Made by a program: the position numbers and the translations under genes. Positions 1 through 4,662 of a stretch of DNA of 5,066 nucleotides are shown here, one piece after another. Every line of letters starts with the position of its first letter. The first letter of the stretch is position 1. The DNA comes from a virus. The stretch lies in IMG/VR virus record IMGVR_UViG_3300008807_000037, positions 1-5,066 of that record. The stretch is one strand, 5' to 3'. The notes under the pieces were generated by a model. That model ran no database searches. It was not told the DNA's origin and was given only the letters and a program-made list of their open reading frames with translations.

Positions 1-99
1 AAGCTCCGGATGGAGTGCTGGAGCCATTACCTCCAGCACTAAGATTAGGATTAAGGCCAGCAGCTATAAGATCTTGAACCTCTCGCTGATGAGCAGTAT
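1..99. repeat. Left copy of a 99-nt exact terminal overlap, identical to 4968-5066. It marks closure of a circular genome with a 4967-nt unit.
   Basis: Base-by-base comparison: 1-99 (aagctccggatggagtgctggagccattacc...gatgagcagtat) equals 4968-5066. The overlap runs to the window end, and reading across it restores one continuous ORF. Confidence 0.96.
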
Positions 100-259
100 T
101 AGACATTCTTTCCTGAAAATCCATTTGACGTTGCTGGTCTTTACGACCAAGTAAGTTACCAATAAAACCAGAGCCAACCCCGGCGCCAATAGCACCAATT
201 ATAGAACCAAACATTGAACCTCCTGAAGAACCACTTAACGAACCCGGTAAACGTAGCAT
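1..259 (-). CDS. VP2: N-terminal part of the VP2 minor capsid / DNA pilot protein. The gene wraps the circle as join(259..1, 4967..4663), 187 aa in total.
   Basis: ATG at 259-257 is preceded by GAGGAATGTAT. An in-frame ATG at 265 sits too close to the SD to be preferred. The translation is MLRLPGSLSGSSGGSMFGSIIGAIGAGVGSGFIGNLLGRKDQQRQMDFQERMSNTAHQREVQDLIAAGLNPNLSAGGNGSSTPSGA.... It has a Gly-zipper hydrophobic segment followed by the MSNTA-QR-...-AAGLNP motif that I recognise from gokushovirus VP2. The frame is continuous with 4663-4967 (259+305=564 nt, 188 codons). Confidence 0.85.
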   Translation of the reverse strand, partial: MLRLPGSLSGSSGGSMFGSIIGAIGAGVGSGFIGNLLGRKDQQRQMDFQERMSNTAHQREVQDLIAAGLNPNLSAGGNGSSTPSGA

Positions 260-304
260 ATACATTCCTCAATAATCCGACCACAATCACAACAATAATA
301 CATG

Positions 305-1942
305 CTATAACCTCTTTAAGCCCGGTATAGAGTACATAGGAAGTGTTCTGGCTATCTTACCACGAACCTTTGAGTTCATCTCAATAGGATCGGCTGTAGC
401 AGCAGAAACAACTATATTTCTAGAAATAGGAGTATCAGATTGAATCCATGCAGAACCAAGAGTAGGTAATGAAGAATAATCATCAGCCATAACTTTAGAA
501 TCAAGAGAAGTTGTGTAATTAGACCTAAATTCACCAGTCACCTTATTTTGACCATAACGAAGCTCGTAAGCATACTCTTGGTAACCAAACGTATTATTAT
601 CAGCTGAAGTCCCTTGCATATAAATTTCTTTATTTTTAACAGCAACTTCTCCGAGATTAGCAAACTCAGGTTGATACCAATCATAGCGAGTTTTATAAGA
701 GAGTTCTCTTTGAAGTCCTTGTTGATAGGTAATGTTAGAACGAGCAGAAATAAGAACCATAAATACGCCGTGTTCAACAAATGAATGATTAATGCTAAAT
801 CGAGTCATAGTTTGAGAGAACTGTGCAAGATTTGCTTGAGGGGTACCGGAAGGAACTGTTGCAGAGGTTTGTGGGACAATGTGGCCATCAAACATAAAAG
901 TTTGTCCACCAAGATATTCAGGGCGTTGTAATCTAAAGTCCGGAACTGTAACGCCCCATCTATGTTGAATTGATTCAACGTCACGAGTACCACCACGAGC
1001 ATCTGCTTCTAATAAATGTTGAACAGCATAAGACTGTCTAACTTGGTTAAGAGTTGCAGCAGTTGCGCCAGAAAGATTGGCTTGTAAAATACCTGTCCAG
1101 TTTGCCATGGCAATTTGTGGACGAATAGTCTGAGTTGAACCAGCAGAATTTGTAAAATTACCTCTGATTTGATTTTCAGTATTGTTTTGCTGAAATTGCA
1201 TATCATAAGTAGTTGTCGCGGGTCTATTCCATCGAATGAAATCAGTCATATCGGCAATACCAACAACAGGAGCAGATGTACCTAATGGTAAAGATACAGG
1301 AGTTCCTTTTTGAGCTGCAGTAAGTGCAGAAGTAAATTTATCATGGCGTTTGCCGCGCTTTAAAAGAACATAATCAGTTGGGTTATCTGGACCATCATCT
1401 AGATCAACAACAACAGCATTTTGAAGGTTCTCATCGCGATAGTTTTCATTCCAAATATGATTATAAGCTCTCGCAAGATAGTTATTAATATGTTCAGTAT
1501 TAGCACTAAGATCAATTTTAGTAGGAAAACCAAAATAATCATAAAGAGATTTTGATGTAAAACCTCCAGCTCCAAGACCAGAAAGAGTAATTTTAGGGGA
1601 AGTAAGAGAAGAGTTGTCTTGAGAGGGACCAGTAGGTTGGGCGTTAAATTGATAACGAGGCCAATTAGTTTGTATTAATCTCATCGGATCAAACCAAGCA
1701 TGAATATCAAAGTAAAGATCGTCATAAAGAGTCGTAGACTGAGTTGCTAAACGCATAAGAGCTTCAACGTCTACACTAATAGTGTCACCTGGATAAATAT
1801 ATTTCCAGTAAATAGGATAAAGATAGTCAAACTGTAAACTAGTTACATGTTTTTCAGCAATGCTGAAGGCGTTTCTCGAACGAGAAATCGTGGGCACATT
1901 CGCAAAATGCGAATTGGCGCCAGTATCGGTCTTAAGATGCAT
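305..1942 (-). CDS. VP1: Major capsid protein VP1 (Microviridae F-like capsid, gokushovirus type), 545 aa.
   Basis: This is the longest ORF. Its size is typical of gokushovirus VP1. The N-terminus (SHFANVPTISRSRNAFSIAEKHVTSLQFDYLYPIYWKYIYPGDT) matches the conserved R-S-x-F-d-l-S ... lvPi ... PGD pattern of Microviridae capsids. The SD AAGAGG lies 6 nt upstream of the ATG, and the gene begins 9 nt after the Rep stop. Confidence 0.96.
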   Translation of the reverse strand: MHLKTDTGANSHFANVPTISRSRNAFSIAEKHVTSLQFDYLYPIYWKYIYPGDTISVDVEALMRLATQSTTLYDDLYFDIHAWFDPMRLIQTNWPRYQFNAQPTGPSQDNSSLTSPKITLSGLGAGGFTSKSLYDYFGFPTKIDLSANTEHINNYLARAYNHIWNENYRDENLQNAVVVDLDDGPDNPTDYVLLKRGKRHDKFTSALTAAQKGTPVSLPLGTSAPVVGIADMTDFIRWNRPATTTYDMQFQQNNTENQIRGNFTNSAGSTQTIRPQIAMANWTGILQANLSGATAATLNQVRQSYAVQHLLEADARGGTRDVESIQHRWGVTVPDFRLQRPEYLGGQTFMFDGHIVPQTSATVPSGTPQANLAQFSQTMTRFSINHSFVEHGVFMVLISARSNITYQQGLQRELSYKTRYDWYQPEFANLGEVAVKNKEIYMQGTSADNNTFGYQEYAYELRYGQNKVTGEFRSNYTTSLDSKVMADDYSSLPTLGSAWIQSDTPISRNIVVSAATADPIEMNSKVRGKIARTLPMYSIPGLKRL

Positions 1943-1951
1943 AATAACCTC

Positions 1952-2950
1952 TTAAAATTTTTCAATCGTATTTTTATTACGAAGATCATGGACGGAATTG
2001 TCATGAGACTTAATGAAATCAGGAGTCTCGTTTGTTGTCAAATGATGTAATATTACATCTTCCCATGCTGCTTCGAGTTCTTTAATTTTTTCGTCCTTGA
2101 GAGCTTTAAATATTATGTAATGATTTGCAATGTCGTGACTGGCTTCACCTGACTTGAAAGGTGTATAAAGTCGTTTTCTACCGGTAATAGGAGAATCAAA
2201 AAATTCTCCCTTATCATAAAAGTGACAATAATGTTTATGAGCTAATCTTTGAAAGTAGCGGGGTACAGGCAGTTTTTGTCCGTTGATTGGTATATATCCG
2301 AGTCTAAGAATGTCTCTGAAATGTTTTTGGAAGTAAGCTCGACCAATACCTGAGTGGTTAGATTTAGATTTTTTCTTCGAAAAAGAGTAATTAAGACGAA
2401 TGTCTTTTTCCATATATTGAGCTTGATACATAGCTGATGCTTCCGTGACATCGCCAATAGTATTAAATCCAAAGGGCCAAAGTCGCTCAAGAGTTTTAGA
2501 GGTGTAAAGGGGTATAGAGTTTTTTCGTGTAAAAATGATCTTGTCATCGAAATCGTGATTGAAAATAATGAGATGCCAATGTTTTTTTCCGTTACGTCCA
2601 TATTCATGTACATTGAAAATTTCGATTTTTTTATTTTCTTTCCGTATACATTCTTGACGTAGTCGTTTTTTAAATTTTTGAATATCTGAGTATCTAAGTT
2701 CATTATTGTAGCCTTGTTTTTTTTCGTCATAAGTCAAAGTAAGAAAACAATTTTTATCATATAGGCTAGCGTGAAGAACGCATCTACTCGCAAGCTCGTA
2801 AGATTTTTTTTTCCGGCAGAATAGACATTTTCCGCAAGAGAATACCTGCTGCGCAAATTTTTTAAAATCAGGGTTGGCAAGGGTGAAGTGTCTAAATCTC
2901 CGTTTGCCGTTACTATCCGTGTAACATAAGATTGGGTCTGCGCATTTCAT
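1952..2950 (-). CDS. VP4: Replication initiation protein VP4 (HUH rolling-circle endonuclease, phiX174 gpA-like), 332 aa.
   Basis: There is an N-terminal Cys cluster CGKCLFCRKKK. RCR motif 1 is FLTLTYD (aa 69-75), motif 2 is HWHLIIF (aa 124-130), and motif 3 has two catalytic-type tyrosines, YQAQYMEK (aa 175-182; Tyr codons at 2428-2426 and 2416-2414). AAGGA lies upstream of the ATG. Confidence 0.95.
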   Translation of the reverse strand: MKCADPILCYTDSNGKRRFRHFTLANPDFKKFAQQVFSCGKCLFCRKKKSYELASRCVLHASLYDKNCFLTLTYDEKKQGYNNELRYSDIQKFKKRLRQECIRKENKKIEIFNVHEYGRNGKKHWHLIIFNHDFDDKIIFTRKNSIPLYTSKTLERLWPFGFNTIGDVTEASAMYQAQYMEKDIRLNYSFSKKKSKSNHSGIGRAYFQKHFRDILRLGYIPINGQKLPVPRYFQRLAHKHYCHFYDKGEFFDSPITGRKRLYTPFKSGEASHDIANHYIIFKALKDEKIKELEAAWEDVILHHLTTNETPDFIKSHDNSVHDLRNKNTIEKF

Positions 2951-3010
2951 TCTGTGTCGTCCTTGATGAAGTCCGATTTTTATTAAGCTAGGATCGGGAA
3001 CTAGTAATTT

Positions 3011-3124
3011 TTACTTTCTAATGCCACCACGCATAACATATCTAACAGTATTGCTAGGGTGTTGTTTTGCGGTTCTACGAAAGACTTTTTTGTCTGTTCG
3101 TTTGTTTAAGCGTTTTCTGTGCAT
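3011..3124 (-). CDS. Small Arg/Lys-rich DNA-binding / packaging peptide, 37 aa. It is analogous to phiX174 J and to the small basic ORF of gokushoviruses.
   Basis: It is not in the supplied ORF track because it is too short. Reverse complement: AAGGAG-AGTGTT-ATG CAC AGA AAA CGC ... AGA AAG TAA, giving MHRKRLNKRTDKKVFRRTAKQHPSNTVRYVMRGGIRK. About one third of residues are K/R. The basic N-terminus, FRRTA core and C-terminal MRGGIR ending match the pattern I recall for gokushovirus small basic proteins. The SD is perfect with a 6-nt spacer, and the gene sits immediately upstream of Rep. Confidence 0.8.
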   Translation of the reverse strand: MHRKRLNKRTDKKVFRRTAKQHPSNTVRYVMRGGIRK

Positions 3125-3125
3125 A

Positions 3126-3150
3126 ACACTCTCCTTTTTAAGGAAAGTGT
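3126..3150 (-). promoter_or_regulatory. Imperfect hairpin that pairs the SD of the 37-aa gene with an upstream anti-SD segment.
   Basis: On the + strand, acactctcc (3126-3134), loop tttttaa, then ggaaagtgt (3142-3150). That is 8 of 9 pairs with one C/A mismatch. On the mRNA strand the 3' arm is GGAGAGUGU, which contains the SD. Confidence 0.4.
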
Positions 3151-3170
3151 GTCAGTGGGCATTGTATTTA

Positions 3171-3491
3171 TCAAGTAGAAACAATGCCCAGTCCTGGTTT
3201 TTGAGGCTCTATAAGTGCCTTAATATCGTGCATATTAGCAATATGCTCTAAATTTTGAGTTGTGATAAGTCCTGTTTTTCGAGAATAAGTACCAATACGG
3301 AAAATTTGGTAATCTTCAGCGTTTCTAAAAAATGGATTTTTAGATTGACTAGGATCAGACATCATGTTTGTAACCTCGCGAATAAGAGAAAGATGGTTAG
3401 GAGCTAAGGTTGGCTCTCCATAAGAGGAAGTTTTAGTATCATAAATAGTAAATACCTCAAGATCTACTTGAGTGTCTTTTTTTCCGAACAT
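3171..3491 (-). CDS. Conserved Microviridae non-structural protein of unknown function, 106 aa.
   Basis: AAGGAG lies 8 nt upstream of the ATG at 3491. The sequence VFTIYDTKTSSYGEP...NAEDYQIFRIGTYSRKTGLI fits the F-x-I-Y-D-x-K-x-x-x-Y-x-x-P ... (P/A)EDY-x-(L/I)-x-x-IG-x-(F/Y)-x-x-x-TG pattern. I recall that pattern from small proteins annotated as nonstructural or hypothetical in gokushovirus genomes. Confidence 0.8.
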   Translation of the reverse strand: MFGKKDTQVDLEVFTIYDTKTSSYGEPTLAPNHLSLIREVTNMMSDPSQSKNPFFRNAEDYQIFRIGTYSRKTGLITTQNLEHIANMHDIKALIEPQKPGLGIVST

Positions 3492-3594
3492 TTTTGTTCT
3501 CCTTTTTGTTTCGATAGCGACGAGTCGCTAATCGTTGTTGTTTTTTTCGTTTAAGGCAAGCAATACACTCGCCAAACCTATTAAGTTTTGTCAT

Positions 3595-3695
3595 GTGTAA
3601 TGTAATATGACGGTAATATGACAATAGTAAAGAGATTTTACAAAAATTCCTTTTTTTGGGCGTTGCACTGTGAACCCAAAACAAAAGGAGATTTT
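3595..3695. promoter_or_regulatory. Putative divergent control region between the - strand gene block and the + strand small ORF.
   Basis: No convincing ORF lies here. The - strand candidate promoter is TTGTAA (3643-3638), a 17-nt spacer, then TGtCATATT (3623-3615, extended -10 like). The + strand candidate is ATGACA (3618-3623), an 18-nt spacer, then AAAAAT (3642-3647). Both are weak matches to sigma70 consensus and were found by eye only. Confidence 0.3.
3602..3622. repeat. Tandem direct repeat GTAATATGAC x2 with an 11-nt period, plus a partial GTAAT copy at 3597-3601.
   Basis: Exact copies of gtaatatgac lie at 3602-3611 and 3613-3622, separated by a single g. They sit inside the putative control region and overlap the candidate -10 elements. 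Confidence 0.9.
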
Positions 3696-3866
3696 ATGAA
3701 AAATCAATATAGTACAGAAGAAAAAATAACGTTTTTCGAAGAAAAACTTAGAGAATTAAATATAGAAATCGCATATAAAGCGATGATATTAGATAAGAAA
3801 AAGAATTTTCTAAAAAAGAAAATTCAAGAATTAAAAGCAGAGAAAACTGGAACAAAAGAGAGCTAA
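3696..3866 (+). CDS. Candidate opposite-strand small protein, 56 aa, Lys/Glu-rich and predicted helical or coiled-coil. Function unknown.
   Basis: AAGGAG (3685-3690) is followed by a 5-6 nt spacer and ATG at 3696. The translation is MKNQYSTEEKITFFEEKLRELNIEIAYKAMILDKKKNFLKKKIQELKAEKTGTKES. The stop TAA lies in the loop of a hairpin terminator. The ORF fills the only gene-free gap. Caveats: it is AT-rich and low in complexity, it is on the opposite strand from every other gene, and a mirror ORF exists on the - strand. Confidence 0.5.
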   Translation: MKNQYSTEEKITFFEEKLRELNIEIAYKAMILDKKKNFLKKKIQELKAEKTGTKES

Positions 3867-3877
3867 CGCTCTCTTTT
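3854..3877. terminator. Hairpin with an A-tract and T-tract, a candidate bidirectional intrinsic terminator at the end of the + strand ORF.
   Basis: aaaagagagc (3854-3863), loop taac, gctctctttt (3868-3877). This is a perfect 10-bp stem with a GAGAGC/GCTCTC core flanked by A4 and T4, followed by aaataattttt on the + strand and by uuuuguuccaguuuuc on the - strand. Confidence 0.5.
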
Positions 3878-3913
3878 AAATAATTTTTGAATAAAATAAT
3901 AATAAGTAACATA

Positions 3914-3945
3914 GTTAGGGAAAGCCTGGCACGGCTTTCCCTAAC
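3914..3945 (-). terminator. Perfect 13-bp hairpin followed by a T-rich tail on the - strand, a likely terminator of the long - strand transcription unit.
   Basis: gttagggaaagcc (3914-3926), loop tggcac, ggctttccctaac (3933-3945). Read on the - strand, the stem is followed by TATGTTACTTATTATTATTTTATTC. There is no T-run after it on the + strand. Confidence 0.5.
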
Positions 3946-4045
3946 ACCCTATCCTGGACATCCTGATCGGCGCTCAATCGTCGCTGTTGTCTACGCTCGA
4001 CCGACAGCGTGGTCTCGCTTACGGCCACATCGTGTGGCCTTTAAT
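3946..4045. other. GC-rich structured non-coding island downstream of the VP3 stop. Its function is unknown.
   Basis: Hand count gives 54 G+C in 3951-4040 (60%), against 19 of 90 (21%) in 3691-3780. It contains an imperfect hairpin at 3982-4009 (CGCTGT-t-GTC / GAC-cg-ACAGCG), a hairpin at 4023-4039 (GGCCACA tcg TGTGGCC), and a direct ATCCTG repeat at 3951-3956 and 3960-3965. No ORF longer than 19 codons on the - strand starts here. Confidence 0.55.
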
Positions 4046-4054
4046 ACCATGAAC

Positions 4055-4651
4055 CTAAGATTGTTCCTTCGTAGCCTCCTTCTCCTGCGTCGTCGTCGTT
4101 TGTGGCGTCACTTGAGGATTAGGTTCAGGTATAAGTATCTTGTCAATTTCACTTTGTTTCAATATGCCAAGTTTAATCATCTTTTCCGCATTCGCTGGAT
4201 TATCAATAAACTTTAAGAATTCAAGATGATTTGAGAAATTACGAGTAATTTCTTCTGGTAGTTCTTCGAATGCTTTTCTAGATTCGTAAACTACATTTTT
4301 CGCATCCTGAAGAGATGGCTCATTAGAGAAATCGTGTCCCATGATTTCTTGTCGATGAGACGTTCTAGCAGCAATATAAGCTGCAACCTCATCGGGTTTA
4401 TATTTTTTCATAAGATAATTAATATCAGTAAGATGAGCAGTGTGTTGTTCAGCAAGAGTAGGACAATTTGAAAAGTCCTGTTGAATACGAAACGTCCCGT
4501 TTGGGCGTTTCGTTATTTTAACAATAACTTTATTTAAAACTTCCTTTGCAATCCTAACTCGCTCAGTAATAATCTCTCCAGTATTTTGATCAACGAACTC
4601 AGTGTCAGATACATAGTCTTCTAATTCAGTTTGTTTATTTTTTTTAGACAT
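4055..4651 (-). CDS. VP3: Internal scaffolding protein VP3, 198 aa.
   Basis: The position immediately after VP2 (11-nt gap, AGGA upstream) and the motifs fit gokushovirus VP3. These include TLAEQHTAHLTDINYLMKKY (the conserved E-x-D-I-N-x-I-x-x-K-Y type block), HDFSN..SLQDAKN and FEELPEEITRNFSNHLEFLKFIDNPANAEK. The Pro/Thr/Gln/Glu-rich tail looks disordered. Confidence 0.9.
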   Translation of the reverse strand: MSKKNKQTELEDYVSDTEFVDQNTGEIITERVRIAKEVLNKVIVKITKRPNGTFRIQQDFSNCPTLAEQHTAHLTDINYLMKKYKPDEVAAYIAARTSHRQEIMGHDFSNEPSLQDAKNVVYESRKAFEELPEEITRNFSNHLEFLKFIDNPANAEKMIKLGILKQSEIDKILIPEPNPQVTPQTTTTQEKEATKEQS

Positions 4652-4662
4652 AATTTTTTCCT

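Noticed and set aside
538-1206. Three ORFs of 65-80 codons (538-780, 805-1002, 1009-1206), all in the +1 frame inside VP1.
   Set aside because: They are one alternative frame broken by stops. None has an SD-like sequence, and the products are Leu/Ile/Lys-rich low-complexity strings. This is most simply a codon-bias by-product of the VP1 frame.
1847-2050. A + strand 67-aa ORF across the Rep/VP1 junction.
   Set aside because: It is antisense to two strongly supported genes and has no translation signals.
2105-2125. ATATTATGTAA inside Rep matches part of the Bacillus-type dif core (TATATATTATGTAAACT).
   Set aside because: It lies within the Rep coding sequence, no XerC-arm counterpart is present, and it is probably a chance match in AT-rich DNA.
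3021-3251. A + strand 76-aa ORF.
   Set aside because: It is antisense to the well-supported 37-aa basic peptide gene and to the end of the 106-aa gene. It has no SD.
3457-3684. The - strand ORF of 75 aa, or its 45-aa version from ATG 3594 (MTKLNRFGECIACLKRKKQQRLATRRYRNKKENKNVRKKRHSSRS), considered as a second basic peptide.
   Set aside because: Neither ATG has an SD. The ORF overlaps the first 35 nt of the 106-aa gene in another frame. It also runs through that gene's 5' leader, including a bulged hairpin (3512-3534) and the AAGGAG site. The basic composition is what A-rich leader sequence yields when translated. At best it is a leader peptide.
3618-3695. The longer 82-aa version of the + strand ORF, starting at ATG 3618.
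   Set aside because: There is no SD before 3618 and that ATG lies inside the tandem repeat. The in-frame ATG at 3696 has a perfect AAGGAG, so the short form is preferred.
3900-3930. A possible XerCD/dif-like recombination site. The - strand CTATGTTACTT matches the XerD arm TTATGTTAAAT at 8 of 11 positions.
   Set aside because: There is no acceptable XerC arm or palindromic partner 6 nt away. The half-site is AT-rich and partly overlaps the 13-bp hairpin. Without knowing the host dif sequence this is not supportable.
3914-4045. A tRNA or tRNA-like gene, or an attachment-site fragment, in the GC-rich island.
   Set aside because: I could not build a cloverleaf on either strand. There is no GTTCRANYC T-loop box and no acceptor-stem pairing at about 70-nt spacing. 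A covariance-model scan would be needed to exclude it formally.
3887-4216. A + strand 109-aa ORF (TTG start) spanning the GC-rich island and running antisense to the VP3 C-terminus.
   Set aside because: It has a non-ATG start and no SD. The product is Arg/Leu-rich, which is typical of antisense to a Glu/Thr/Gln-rich coding tail. It also crosses three hairpins.
4418-4427. The - strand reads CTGATATTAATTATC. It shares the exact decamer TGATATTAAT with the phiX174 origin and nick site (CAACTTG/ATATTAATAAC).
   Set aside because: The decamer falls on the codons GAT ATT AAT of the conserved VP3 motif T-D-I-N-Y-L. AT-rich codon usage for a conserved peptide therefore explains it. The upstream CAACT part of the phiX origin does not match, and the gokushovirus origin is not known to resemble that of phiX174. 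It is worth remembering only if Rep nicking is ever assayed.
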